Assembly: GCF_008831285.2 (NCBI RefSeq)
Contig: NC_045138.2
Span: 20,708,001 to 20,772,000 of the forward strand
Direction: 5' to 3'
Length of the DNA: 64,000 nucleotides
DNA from: Nymphaea colorata
Taxonomy: Eukaryota
Positions within the stretch are counted from its first letter, which is position 1. Every line of letters starts with the position of its first letter. Position numbers and translations under genes: made by a program. The notes under the pieces were generated by a model. The model saw nothing but the letters and a program-made list of their open reading frames with translations, was not told where the DNA came from and did no database searches. Shown in pieces: positions 27,501 through 58,248 of the stretch.

Positions 27501-29241
27501 AAAAAAAAGTAAAGTACTTTTTTGGAATAATCCATAAACTCCTTTGGCTGAAGTCTAAATATGGTATGTTGTTATCGGACGAGCTTGAGAATTAATTCTA
27601 TCACCCAAGTGAGAGTTGAAATCTCTCTCCTTTCCAACCTACAAAAAAAAAATTTCTTGGTTAGAGCCAAACTATAGTTCCAAAATTTAATTAACAGACA
27701 CGGAAATATGATTTTTCAAAGAATTTATATAAATTAAGTTATAATTTTTTAAAATTTAGATGTAAATCTATTGTTTATTATTATTTTAAATATGAGAAGG
27801 AACCATGGCCTTTGCTTATGCCCTTGCCCTTTACCTTTAAGATACAAAGCTGTGTCAACACCCACCAAGTGATGAGATCTCCATCTACTTCAACTTTGTA
27901 TTTAGAGATTCACCATTTTTTACAATATAGAAACATAACCCCTCATGAATCTAACTAGAGATTTATCTCATAACGCCTATTTGAGCTAATGATAATAGAT
28001 AAAATAAAGATGGATTCGCTTTTTCAGGTGAACGGGGTTTTCCACCGTTCAGAAAAAGCCGAAGGCACCACCAGACCTCTTATCCTCCTAGGGCACAAGG
28101 CCTACTTTCGGTGCATCAAAGTGTCACCTCCATCATGCTTCAACTTATACATCGATGGCCCCTCTTTTACAATACAGAAGGTGAGACCACTGTCATTCGA
28201 AACGGGACCGCCTACTGACTTCCGTCGTAACCGTTGATTCAACCCCTTTGGAATAAGATGACTTTTCCTTTCAAGGTGGAGCGAATAATATATGGAATAT
28301 TTCTTAATAGTGACTTAGATGTGAATGAATTTGTCAAATGACTATTGGTGAGTGAAAAATTGGAAAAAACCAATTTCTTGAAAACAAAAATTTTGATTAC
28401 CCGCTATCCTTTCGCGATGCTTATCAAGACACAATGAAGCATGATTGGGTGTTGAGTCTCAAAATCTTGCAACGAACAACAAAGTATACAAAAAGCTGAG
28501 ACTGTTTCGCCTAATGAATAACACGACCTAACAATTGAAATATTACAAATAAGCACCCGTGTTAACAAAGTGATTTATCCTTTGTTTCCTTGACCAAGTG
28601 CTGGCCATTGGCAGTACCATTTCGATCTACCATAATTTTGAAATTAATATTTTGCTTAGTTCAGCCTTATTTCTGAGATCCTTCTGCAAGAAGTACAAGA
28701 ATATATAGCTCTCCCATTTCTTAAGTGGTGCATCTCTCTCTATCACTCTTTGTGAAAATAGAAACAGAGCTCAATAATTCAGAAAAGAGTAGCGCTATTA
28801 AGTATGTGATTTTTAGGGGGTGTTTGTTAATTGTATCAATATACCGACTCTACTTTAAAAATCTACAAAAATGTTTTTTGAATATGCCACAATTTTCGTT
28901 GTTTTGATTAAAGGTAGAAAGACCTATCTTGTAGTGAAGTTTGCATGAGAATATGCTCTAATTTTGAAGTAGATGCACACTGATATATTGCCAAGCTATC
29001 ACTTAATGAACATGTCTTTGGTGGCATAAAGAGAAAGTACAAGTAAATCTCCATTTAAGTAGTGCGAGCTACAACCACATGAGTCATAAATGATCTACAG
29101 TCTTCACTTAGGAACATCCCCGCAATCCAGCATGTCATCAAACATGAGAGAGATAACTTGATCTCTCCCCTTAGGTAGCATCACCAATTCTGCTAATGTA
29201 TCAATTCTCATATACCAACAATCACAATCACAGAGCCTTGA

Positions 29242-29690
29242 GGGGCCGTTAGGGCTACACAGCAAGTCGAGTCAACTCGCGCTCAACTTAAACTCACTCA
29301 AAAAAACTCGGCTCGTGCTTGACTCGTTTATAAACGAGTCAAGCTCGACCTTACAATGATACTTGAAAGGATAAACAAGTCGAGTTTGAGTTTCGAGTTT
29401 CAGGATCTGGACTTGTTCATACTCGACTCGATTCGCAAACCGGTACACTATATAATATTGTCAAAACCGGTTTCACAAGTTATATTAGGTACATGAGTTA
29501 CACAACTTAATGCTTACATGAGTTGAACGAGTTAATGCCTAAATGAGTTAAACTGGTTGAGTTTCAGCAACCCTAGGGGCCGTTTGAGAGCAATAATATT
29601 TCTTAGATGCATTGAATACATTAAAACTGCTCTATTTTTTTGGGTAGATGCGAACCATAGTAACATACTTTTACTGTTCCCAACGGCCCC
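29242..29690. mobile_element. PIF/Harbinger (Tourist-like) MITE hosting the hAT MITE
   Basis: Reconstructed TIRs GGGGCCGTTTG / CCAACGGCCCC, flanked by TGA / TAA. Confidence 0.65.
29250..29575. mobile_element. hAT-type MITE inserted in the TIR of a Tourist-like MITE
   Basis: Ends TAGGGCTAC.. / ..GCAACCCTA, exact 8-bp TSD GGGGCCGT (29242-29249, 29576-29583), CTCGA-rich interior like 15450-15802. Confidence 0.82.
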
Positions 29691-32675
29691 TAAAAGTGCA
29701 ATGCAAAGTCTAAAATAATTGGTTTAAAAAGGCATATTGCTACAACTTTGGCCAGGGTAGAGCCACTTACATAATGTAAAACACTTTAAGAACATCTTTT
29801 TTTTTAGCTCGGGAGATGCTTACTTATAATATGTTATCCGTTAGGCGTGTATTCGCAATTAGGTGAAAGGTTGAGAATATTCGTAAAAAAGAATGGAGCC
29901 ATAAGCCATTCGTCATTCACGCGGACGGTAGAGGCCAGCGAGGTCGGTCTTGGATTTCAAAGCTCATTGTTTCCATTGATGGTTTTGTCAAAAAGTTCCA
30001 CTGGACTTTCGCTTTGTGAATATTTGGAAGTGAACGGTTCAGAACTAAGTTTGCAGGTGCCCTCGAGCTTAAAAATAATGGGTTGGTGGGGATTTTAGTG
30101 AGAGAAACATCACCTAAGATAAGAGAGGGAAAGAGAGAATCAGAGAGAGAAAAAAAAAGAGATTTGTCGATGATTCAATACAAAAGCTTGTTAGGAGGTT
30201 CTAAGTAAACTGATCTTTACTGTATACTTGTTCTATCATGTATCTGAGATCTGTAGTGATTTGAGATCAGATATAAGATCACCCTCCATGTTAAATCTAC
30301 AGTTTTTTTTATATGTAAGGTGGATCTAAGATTCATTTACTGAGATCAAACTGAAGATCTTTTAAAATGCACCTTTCAACACAGTTTCAGATGTTATATA
30401 TGAGGTTATCAAATACAATCTTAGTTAGTATTTTTGGATGAATAATTCTAAAGGTGTAGAGTTTCTTTTGATGCATCGAATCGGGGAAGTGACACTTATT
30501 CACCGTAGCCAGTTGTAGTTGTTCCTTATTTAATGACGGAGGCCGTAAATGATCTGTGCTTGTCTATCAAAAAATTCTGCTCACATGTTGCTGTCTTAAA
30601 TGCAGAAGTCCGAACAGCTAACATGCAATAAATATTTTGACCTAATCATTGAACTTGCAGGTTTTAACTTTTATGGCAACTTACCTAATCAAAATGTGTG
30701 ATGGAGCTGACCATGTGCCTTAGTATATATATATATATATAACAACAAAAGTCATTCCGCTATCTAATTAAAATCATGATTAAGAAAAAAATAAAAAAAA
30801 TAAACATTTTTCTTATTTAGTATTATATATATATATATATTATAATAGAAAACTACCAAGTTTGAAGGTTTTCAACTGCACCTTGGTACCTTTCACATTC
30901 TCAGAATTAAATTTAATGGTCACATTACAGCCACCGTGTATATAACTTTTTTGATGACTAAGAGTGAGCCCTGACTACCAAGTCTTATGGTGTTCAACTT
31001 GACACCTTTCACATTCTGCAAACATTTAAAGGTCGAGCTATTTGACTTGATTCAACGGTATAAATATATACTTTAGTCGTGATTGAAAAGCAATCGATCA
31101 ACTTGTATTTGTGTTTTGCCTCCCTAAAAAAAAAAAAAAAAACTGATCTGACGGCCTATGAGGAGTTTTTAGACGTTGATTTTTCATAGGAAGAACCTGA
31201 TACATATGTAAGAGTCTCCTTGAATGGAAAACCGATCTCTACTAATGCAATTATATATATCACACTTATAAATTCAATTTCAAAAGTAAACAATTACAAT
31301 TAAGAAATTTAGATTGCATGTCAACAATATATATATATATATATATATTATATGTTAACTTAGTCATTTTTTACTTTAATCCAGTGTTTAAACTATAGTT
31401 GGCTCGCGAATTGCAAGTTAGCTTGAATTGCTAGAAAACCTGGTTACAAGTCAAGATTGGCCTGGTTCGCTCTTGACTTGGCGTGACTTCGCTTGAGCTC
31501 GGACTTCCTGGCTCGCCCGATCGAGTTGATGAGTCAACTCGTTGAGCCGATCATTTACTGATCCAATTCTAAGTCATTGGTTTACCAATTATGGTCAAAG
31601 TAAAAAAAAAAAAAATATTGCTTCTATCTTCCTAGTGAAATGTGATTGTCTTATGAGATTTTTTTGAGGAAAAAAAGTCTCGTTGCTGACTTTTATCCAG
31701 GTGCATCAAACGTACCCTAGTACTCCAATCATGCTCCATCACATTCTCATGGCTATTTTTTTTAAAAAAGAAAAAGAAATCGAGAGAAAGATCTAGAGAG
31801 AGAAAGAGAGATTGAGCAGTACGGATGGACCCAACAACCAAATCTAGGTGTGGTATTAGTTTGCCTTTGTGGTCAAGTTCCACGGAGGACTTGGAAAAAA
31901 TGCTGCCCCCTCCTTCAAGTTTGAGGTCAACAGAAGATGGTGCCAAACAATCCTCGCCGGTTGCCATGAACCTTCCCCTTGCCTCTTTTCTTCTCTCCCA
32001 AAGCAACACCAACCACAGTTTTGAGTTTTCGGCTCTCTCTTTCTCACAGACTAAGGCAATTCTTGAACCAACGTGTTTGCTCCGGCTAGGTTTGAACAAT
32101 CTAGTGCCAACTAACCAAGACTTGTCTTGCTAGCCAGAAAATTTAGATCCTTCAAATACACAATCAAATGATTAAATGGCAATAAGCAAATGAACAGCAT
32201 CAATATATGAATCAAATGGTTCGGGAAAACCAATATGTAAATAAATAGATTTTTGTGAGATTGTGAGGGCAACTGCCCTCACAGACCCATATGTGCTACA
32301 TTATGTAGAATTATTCCCACTGAGAAGGTCTTATAATGTCAACAAATTTGAAGGAACACATTTTTATTTGTTAAAAGATAAGAAATGGATTGTGTTTCCA
32401 TCTCCAGCACACAGAAAGATTTTCAGATTTTTGGAGAAATTTAGGAGAAAGATTGATTGGAGCAATTTTTTGCTTTTTCTTCTTCATTTCATACCTTTAG
32501 TTTCTTTTCTCACCATCTTTTGCATGTTGGGACTTAGAAGTCTAAAAGTTTCACATGGGCTTTTTGGTTTATTTTAAAAAGATCTGGCATCAAATAATTT
32601 TGTTTCGTCACTTTCATTTGATTCCGTCAATTTCATTTGACTCTGGTTCGGGTTGGTGCCCGGAATTCATCAGAA

Positions 32676-32809
32676 TTGTTTTCCATTTTTAATCACATTT
32701 TCAATCTGATTGCTTCATTTGTTTTCTATTTTTAATCACATTTTCAATGTGATTGCTTCATTTGTTTTCCATTTTTAATCACATTTAAAATCTGATTGCT
32801 TCATTTGAC
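32676..32809. repeat. 43-bp tandem repeat x3 upstream of BSK
   Basis: TTGTTTTCCATTTTTAATCACATTTTCAATCTGATTGCTTCAT three times with few substitutions. Confidence 0.9.
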
Positions 32810-33458
32810 TAGATCTGGCCCCATGTCTAAGTGATCCGTGCCCAAATCCAGTTCAATTGGTCGAAATTAGTCCTGCAAACTCCTTGGCTTCAACGGTAAG
32901 ACAACGAAATTGAACAAGTGTTTGAAGAAGATATCTAGGAGGCCTCGTCTTAATTAGAACGGAAAAGCAAATTGCCAGATCTTTCTTTTTCTACTATTTT
33001 CGTCACTTCCCTACCAAACTGATCTCCGACCACGCTGACACGTATTGCGGCCGGAAAAAATGGCCGGAAAAGATTGGAGGGAGAAAGTAAAAAGGGGGGC
33101 AAAACAAAAGGAGGGTAAAAGACGAGGAGGAAATGCGGAAAGTGGAAGAGTCCAACGGAAGAGTCGTACCAAAAGAAAAGAAGAGCAAAGAGAAATTGGA
33201 GAGGGAAAGAGAATGAGAAAAAACTAGAGAGAGGGAGAAATAACGACAGACATGTAAACAAGAGAGAGAAATCAGAGAGAGGAAAAGGACGCGGGACAGT
33301 ACATAAAAAATTAGAGGGAAGTTAGAGAGAGAAACGAATGAATCCGAGAAAGGGCGTGTAAACAGGAGAGAGAGGGAGAGATGCATAAATAAAAGAGAAA
33401 TCCTGGTGTGTTTTTTGTTTTTCCCGAGCAATCGACGCACGCAGACCGATCGAATAAA

Positions 33459-50245
<16,787 letters not shown>

Positions 50246-51294
50246 TGTGAATTATGTCTTGTTGTTGTGGAATTGTTGTTGTATTGGAGTATCGGTTGAG
50301 AGCCAAGACCCACTGCATTTATTTGCCTTTTCATCGGAGGAAGGAAAATATGGATTGGCTCCTAGATTGGTCCACTCAGCTGCTTGGCATGTAAAATGGT
50401 AATGGACGATCGAGCCGTGTTGTCACATTGTGTAATATAATCATTCACATCATTTTTTTTAACTGTCTTGTTGTAATTTGTGTTTTAGTTTTCAGGTTTC
50501 CAGTAACAAAGTGATTACCCAGTTAGTTGGCCTTCTCCTTGGCAACGTATTTTGTTTCACGTCATGTAATTCAGTAAGCCATTTAAAGGAAGTTTTGGTC
50601 TTCAAATATTTGGAGGTCTGTTAAGACTGTTAGTGACAGGAGGTGTTGATGGAAAGTAGGGTGGGGTGTATGGTTCATCAACAGACCTTGAATGAAGACT
50701 AGAAAGCACTTTGTGTTCTATAGCTAGTGTGCTATTCAACCGCATATTTCCTTTGTCTGCTGGCCTATCCGTGGTGTCTGGCCGTCTCCATGAGCACCAG
50801 TTCTGTCTTTTCAACAATCCTTAGCTGGTCTCAAACTTGTGGCGGTCAAAGTTTAGCATCGCGACTGATCTTCAACATGCTGCTTTTTATGTTTTTGTGC
50901 GATATTGATATTGATACGGCTATATATATGTATATGAGTGATTAGTAGATACCAGACTACTTGGTTAAGAGAAAAAGCAGACTATTCAAATTTGTTTTGC
51001 CAATTGTTTTACATCAATTTAGTATTAATCATATTTTAGTCAAGTTATTCTTGTAAAAATATAGATTTTTATATTATCATAGTTTTGAAACTATAAAAGC
51101 CCTTCAATTTTTTATTAATAAAAAACATTATTGAAGAAAAGAAAAAAAGTCGAACTTGATGCATGTCATGTTCCTCATTAAATCACTCTTAGGATCAAAT
51201 CTATAAGGTTAGATTACAAAAAGACACTTCAATCTTTTTGTGGGTCTGGTTTTTATCTTTTACTGCAGTGGTTTGGTATTTACCAAATTTTCTC

Positions 51295-51350
<56 letters not shown>
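51295..51350. repeat. (CT)n(AT)n compound microsatellite
   Basis: Direct reading. Confidence 0.95.
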
Positions 51351-51353
<3 letters not shown>

Positions 51354-53036
51354 TTGGATTTGGTTGTTGGATGATTAAAAATTAAGGAACTGTTATTTAA
51401 AGTATTATAAACTATTACTGCATCATAAGCTGCCAGCCTGCCACTAATCTGTTCTAGCGATTAAAGAACAGCTTTTTAGCAAATATGTTTTAGCCATCAG
51501 GCTTCTATGTGATAGTCGCACTTTACTACTGCAGTATAACTTAAAATTGTAACATTGGATGTACTTTGTGTGTGTGAAATAATTAAATTGTTTTAGTTTT
51601 TTTAACATCAGGACCAGCATTATTAATATTTATATTGGGTGCCGTATCGGTCTGTTCGAATCTGTGACATATGAGTCAATCCACATCATTACCTATCGGC
51701 ATGTATCATCTAGTTTTGAATTTTTGAATCTTAAAAAAATTAAAATATTTTAAATTTGTTTAAGGGACAAAAAAATAAAAAGCGTAAACTACTATTGACG
51801 TTGTAGTATGTGAGTAAGCAATGTTAACAATACTGATAAAACTATTAAAATCACTGATATGAACCGAGAAATCACAGACCCATATTCGCTAACATGCTGT
51901 ATCAATTAGCAAAAACGATGGGAAAAAAAATTACAGAAAGGCTTATAACTTTTGAAACAGAAGCATTAACTAGCGCCGGTTGTGGTGTCTTTCAGCAGTC
52001 GATTTAAAATATTTAGCAGCTTGGCTGATTTCACTTTATATATAAATATGATTTGTGGATTTCTTCATCTGGGTTTAAACAGAGATCCACCGGCGCTCTT
52101 GCAGCACACCACCTGTGAATGGCACCGTGCGGCCGTGATTAAGCAGAAATCAAGATGGCTGGAAGATATATATATATATATACAATTGCGGCTTCAGGAA
52201 GAATTGCAGGGGCACTGTTTCCTTCTCGCCGTGGCACCGGCCAATCCATGTCTGGCGGGGCATTGCTGGCAGCCCATTACCGCCAACAACACATTTCGAG
52301 GGGTCGCTGGTGCTAATGAGAAAGGTGACGGCCACCCCCACCAAGAAAAAAAGAAAAAAAATGGGGCAATTTACGACAGGCAGAAAACCTCAAGACTTCG
52401 TCTTGCCATTGTTGATCTGCTATATTAGGCCACGCCGGGAACTCTTTTCCCCCGCTTTGGTGTAAGAAAAGATGGATTTTTTTGAAGGAACGCGTGGCTT
52501 GAGTCCACTGGCTGATATTAACATTCCATGGCTTCCTTACAGTAGTTGATTGGTACAAGAGGTGGACACGACCCATACCGGACCCGCACACGACATTATG
52601 TGGATCAGATCAGTTGCACTCACAATTTGAGGGGCCTCATGAGTCACGGCTCGGCAAGCTTCCTTTCAAAATTTCAAACCTTCAGCTAATGGTTGGTAGA
52701 TGTTGGTCCCACGGCATCGTTGCTAAATGGATCCAGTTTTGCCCGGATCTAAATTACCATCTAAGCTTCAATATGTAAGTTATGGGTTCAGATTTGAATC
52801 ATACAGTGCAGATCCAAGTCTGGGCTTTTCGTGTTCCATTGCGAGATTAGGGAAACCACTTGTAAAGGTTCACACTTGGAGCTATCCACCACAGTTGTGG
52901 GCAGCCTCCCCTGGATCTTTGTGTTTGAATCACACAGTTGAAGAGATTCAAATGGCACCACAAAAAGTAGAACACTCACTCTTGAGTAAGGCAAAGCAAT
53001 TTGCAGCCTCAAAAAAATGAGTGAATATCTGCAGGT

Positions 53037-53083
53037 GATAAGGAGATAAGAAACCAGCAGCAGCATGCCACGTGGCAGATAAA
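53037..53083 (+). promoter_or_regulatory. Light-responsive I-box/G-box module of the ferredoxin promoter
   Basis: GATAAG at 53037 and 53045, palindromic TGCCACGTGGCA at 53066-53077, GATAAA at 53078; about 120-160 bp upstream of the ATG. Confidence 0.7.
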
Positions 53084-53198
53084 GAGACCATGCCCACCAG
53101 CATCCACACTCTTATTTGTCCATGGGCAGCGCAATTGTGGTAGTGCTAGAACTTGGCTAACATCTCCTTCCTTGCTCCTTCCACAGCACCAGGCAGCC

Positions 53199-53639
53199 AT
53201 GGCATCGGCAACGCTGGCCAGCACCATGTTGAGCAGCACGGCATTGGCAAGCCGACAGCCTGCGGCAACCCTCCGGTCGTCTCTCCCCAACGTGGGCCAG
53301 AGCCTGTTCGGCCTGAAGGCCGGCCGCGGCCGGGTTGTGGCCATGGCAAGCTACAAGGTCACATTGATCACACCAAGCGGTACCCAAGAGTTCGACTGCC
53401 CGGATGATGTTTACATTCTTGACCATGCTGAGGAGCAAGGCATTGACCTGCCTTACTCGTGCCGGGCTGGTTCCTGCTCGTCCTGCGCTGGTATAGTTAA
53501 GAACGGCAGCGTTGATCAGTCGGATGGCAGCTTCCTTGATGATGACCAGCTTGAAGCCGGCTTCGTGCTCACCTGCGTCGCCTACCCAACAGGGGATGTG
53601 ACCATTGAGACCCACAAGGAGGAGGTCCTCACAGGCTAA
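53199..53639 (+). CDS. Chloroplast 2Fe-2S ferredoxin (leaf type) with transit peptide, 146 aa, intronless
   Basis: Ser/Thr/Ala-rich transit peptide MASATLAST...GRVVAM, then [55 protein letters not shown]. All four Cys ligands are present. Confidence 0.97.
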   Translation: MASATLASTMLSSTALASRQPAATLRSSLPNVGQSLFGLKAGRGRVVAMASYKVTLITPSGTQEFDCPDDVYILDHAEEQGIDLPYSCRAGSCSSCAGIVKNGSVDQSDGSFLDDDQLEAGFVLTCVAYPTGDVTIETHKEEVLTG

Positions 53640-56443
53640 GCCCAGTCATTAGCAGAAGTGTTCATTATCAAATTCCTGCTTTAACTTGTTTCCTAAATTT
53701 TAGTCTAAGACTATCCTTGTTTCTTGTGAGGGAAACTGGCATGTAATTTTGTTCAAGCACTTGGTTGTGGTAATCATCTTCCATATTTCCTCTTCATATT
53801 TGAGATAAACTTGTCAGGTTTGATGGCTGGGTAGTTCTCCCTACCATATCTGGGTTTTGTGAAACTTATTCCGTATGATGGTTTGATCTTCGTTGGATCA
53901 TAGTTGTGGGAAATACAATGAAGCGGAAGGGTGGGGGGGTATTGGTGGGGGGAGGGAACAAAGGCCGCTTTTATGTGCTTTTGTGATTTTGCTTGCTGAA
54001 ATTCTTCATTCTTTCATGAGGAGGAGCAACACCATTATGGTCTGGATACGGTGACCATGGCCCTGTTTTAATAAATGCCAAACAGCAGTTACAAGCTTTC
54101 TAATGCAAACCAACAACTAGAGACTCAAGTTGTTTTTCGGAAAATCGGAATATAAATGTCGTAATCAGTCATACGAATTGATGATATATTAATCTGTCAA
54201 ACAGAAGGTACTAAGTTTACAGGGTAAATGAACATACTGTCACAATGCAATGAAGTGAGTTCTGCATTTTAAATCAATTTGCAAAATGGCCTGTCTATAG
54301 ATGTGACCAGGCAACACAAAGTATATACCGTATTTGAACGAATTATTTACACAGCGAAAAATGGAGACTTTCTCCCAACAGCAGAAGAAAAGCTTCGGTG
54401 TAAACTGTTAATATTTTGCAGACTGTATCACCCAGTAACAGAAGAAAACTTGATGGTGGAAACCATGTCAGTGGCTATGTGGAGGATATCATGTTATTTT
54501 ACAGTAAGTACTCCATGTACTGTAATTAGCGGAAGTGTTTCCTTGTGAGATATTTAGCTTAATGCAGATAATTTTTTTAGTTGTCCAACAATTAGGTGTC
54601 AGTACGAGTTTTGAAATACTTTCAAGCCAAGGAGCAATTACTTATAAATGCTTTCAGATATCCAAGGGCATCTGTGGACTGCATTGAGGAATAATTTCAT
54701 GAGAACCAAGGTTTTGGCACAAATAGGAAAGCCCCTGGCAGTAGGCAGCTGGTCATGGTTCAATCGTCACTGTGGCCTCCTGTGGGGGCTGACCTCTGCC
54801 ATGCTCGACAGGGTGAAAGCTTTTTGAAATTTAAATTAAGGACCCTCGTCTTGGAGTTTTAGACAGTCGGGAAGGCTGCCATGAGTGCCAGCAAATTAAA
54901 CCAGCGCGACCATGGCTCAGACTCACGCAAAAGTGGTTTCTTTACTACTGAGAAAAAGTATCACATCATATAATATTGTTCAGTATTGGTCTATCCATAG
55001 CGAATTGGTTCATCTAAAAACATGCAGGGGTCAACATGGAAATTTGAGCATTGTGTACTGTGGTGCTTAAATCAGCAAATTCTTTAAGAATCAGCCAATT
55101 CAAGACTCTTTAACAAAATGACAACAAATATTTATTTTTAAAATCTTTAATCTACAGATTGAACATAAAATATCCATGCGACAACACACTAAAACCGACA
55201 AGACGATAACAAATTATTTTAAGCAAGTTTTTGGTCGAACTGCTGCATGGTTATCTTTTTATGACACAATATGTGGTCTTACTTCCCAAAAGCGTATATG
55301 ATATCAAGGGAAAAAAACTTTTTCCCTTTCTGCTTTGTAATAGAATTTAAATTCTCTCTGCTTGATGTGATTCAACTTCAAGCCATTGCCCCTGCGGCAT
55401 GGCAAAACAAAGCCTCCTTTATTTTCACATATTCTCTATTTTTCTTTTGGAAAAAAAAAGCTCTCTGTATCTCTGTGTGTGCGCGCATACAAATCTGGCG
55501 CAACCAAGAGGATGTGGGAAGGTTTACCTTGAGATTTATTTAAAAACACAGTATTTTTCACGACTCTTTGGCTCCATTTCATGGCCTATATAAAGCTGTT
55601 CTTGATAACGAATTGAAAATGCTACAAAAATGTCCAAGTAATCGGATGATATATGAAAAACTGTCCAGTTTTTGTCTCTCACTCTGTTTTTTGCTTAAGG
55701 CATTTACAATAGCTGCTCACAATTTCTTTAACCTTTAATTACAAGTTGGCGCAGCTTCTTGTCTTTTCTTCCCTCTGTCTAGAGGATAGTCAATTGGGTT
55801 ATAAGGACCCTCGCTCTGGAAAGACTGAGGAAATGTACGAGTTGAAATCAAACACGGCGTTGTTAACGTGTAATAACCGTTACACCTAATGGATTAAACA
55901 TGAAAATGCTATTTCAAGTATACTACTATAAATAGCCGCAAAACTTGTCACTGAGAAATACGACTAGCAAGGTAGTTCGTAGTAAATATAATAAAAAAAC
56001 AGACAGAAAAGCTTGGAAAACAGTCAGAAAAGCTTGCCTTGTTAGTATTGTGCCTTCTGCTATAACAAAGAATTGAAGGCAACAACAACCGAAATATCAG
56101 TATGCTAGAATTGTTAGATAATATCATACACAGATCATGATATTTTGAGGAAATCCCACTCGATTAACTGTGCCGGCCAAGGAAATGGAGGAGGCGGCTT
56201 TAATTTTTTTGACAAGCTTAACATTGTCAGTGCGTGTGAACATGGAGCCTTTTCCGAAGCCTAAGCCTAAGATCAAGTAATTCAGTTCTTTTCTGTTCAA
56301 AGATAATCTTTACTGTTTCCATATACAAAGCTTTTTTCCTTTTCCCCTTTTCATTCTTCTTTCCATGAACATATGATACAATAGTGATGTAAAACAACCT
56401 TTTTCTATTGGGCGGACGTAGTCCCAAATTGGAGTATTCAATC

Positions 56444-58181
56444 TCAATGCTGCTCTCTATTACCATCATAGTTATCATCTATTTTTGCATTGTCTACATC
56501 CGATTCATGTGAAGCAACTACCGGTGCATTACCAGAGGAATCTGATAAATAACCAGAAGTTGGAAACACTGTACCACGTTCCTGTTGATGAATGATATCA
56601 TCAGCATAGATTTCCTGTTGCTGAATGATGTCATCAGCATAGATTTCTTCACAATTTATGGAGACATGATTCAACGAGAAAGAGCGCTGTGAAGCAGTAG
56701 ATGGGCAGCGAGATATTGTGCCAGAAACTGTAATTGTCTCATCATCCCTCACATGATTGAATGAAAGGGAGCGCAGGGTAGTAGTAGTTGCACACCGAGA
56801 TAGTGTGCCTGAAAGAACTGTAATAGTCTCATCATCTCCTTCATCGAGTGTAGATGCCAGCGAGCAAGTTGATCTAGTAGCTGGAAGATATGACGAGTGC
56901 TTATGTCTAGATCTGTGCTTCACTCTTTTGCACCAACCATGAAGAGATTCCCTGACATTCTCAGAAACTAATGACTTCTTAAACTTCGACCCCATCTGCA
57001 ATGGTCAGCATACTCCAAGATCAGGAAAAGCACTTTGATAAGCCACTGGGCAGTGTTCATTGCATTTTCAATTCTTCAGACACATAATAGGTAAATACTA
57101 GTAACAATTATTGTCTACATTTTGGTGCCACAAGAGTAATAAAAATAAGTCAGGCAGTCCAACCGCGTACAGTTTCATTAAAAATTGTTAGCTTATAGCA
57201 TATAAGAGAAAACCAAATTGCTGGAACAGAATGGCTGGTACAGGAAACGGAAACTAGCACATAACTTCCCTTGCATGACTAAATGGAAGTTGAAAAGTTG
57301 TATATACACATTGACCTTCAAGTTTCTTTAGATCAGTTTGATTCATTGAAGGTCAGAATGCAAGCATTTCATAGCAAATCTCGTTGGGACAACAATAAAA
57401 TGCATTCTAGATTGTCGGTTACTGCAAGAAAGATAGTTCCAAATTTAAGTTATCAATTTGCACTTGAGTAACAAAGTAGAACTTGAGGGACACCATGAGG
57501 ACATCGATTATTAGATCAGTCATTTTGCTTTTATTATGTCTTCATCTACTTGTTGACACTAGAAGATTAATAATCTTATGTTAGCAAATCACAACCAAAA
57601 TAAGAAATATTTAGATTTTAGCTGATTTTTCACCTCTCTCTTTTTTTGGGTCAAAGTAGAGACTATTAGGAATACCTCCCCACCCTCAACCACCACTGAG
57701 ACCATTACAGTTGTCAATTGAATAATTGATCTTCAACTTCCAGTATTTCTTTTCATCAGAATGTGCATGTCTGCCCCCAGTTGCATCACAAATGTTATAG
57801 AATCAAACTTTACTACATCATTATGTGATGACACTACAGCAAAGTACCGGAAGTAAGCAAAAATGCTGCAAGGGATTGTTTCATATACGTGGCACTGTCA
57901 ACATGTTTTTAATAGGGTATGAGGATGTAATAATAAACACACACAAAATAGAACAAAGTATGGGACGTACAAGTGAATGCAAATTTGAGGTTGGATTATA
58001 TATGTAACTATGATGAAAAATGCCCCAAAAATCTGGTACACACCTGTGAGATAATCACATTGAGTGGTAGTGTGACATAGCTGCACCAAAACTGAGCCAC
58101 TATCCTGCATTTGTAGTGATTAAATGAGCTACTTTCACAATCACCAGGACACCCAAACGAATTTGATGCCCATCAAGCTAG

Positions 58182-58248
<67 letters not shown>

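Noticed and set aside
31632..32133. 155-aa and 102-aa overlapping ORFs
   Set aside because: No recognisable domain or splice structure; the longer one runs into poly-T/AG low-complexity sequence.
51982..52591. 148-aa ORF and GC-richer patch upstream of ferredoxin
   Set aside because: GTG start, crosses a (TA)n tract, and no family similarity that I can recognise.
58071..58080. TGTGACATAG matching the MITE TIR
   Set aside because: Lies inside a conserved MLO exon (codons S-Y-V-T); no partner TIR or TSD, so coincidence.
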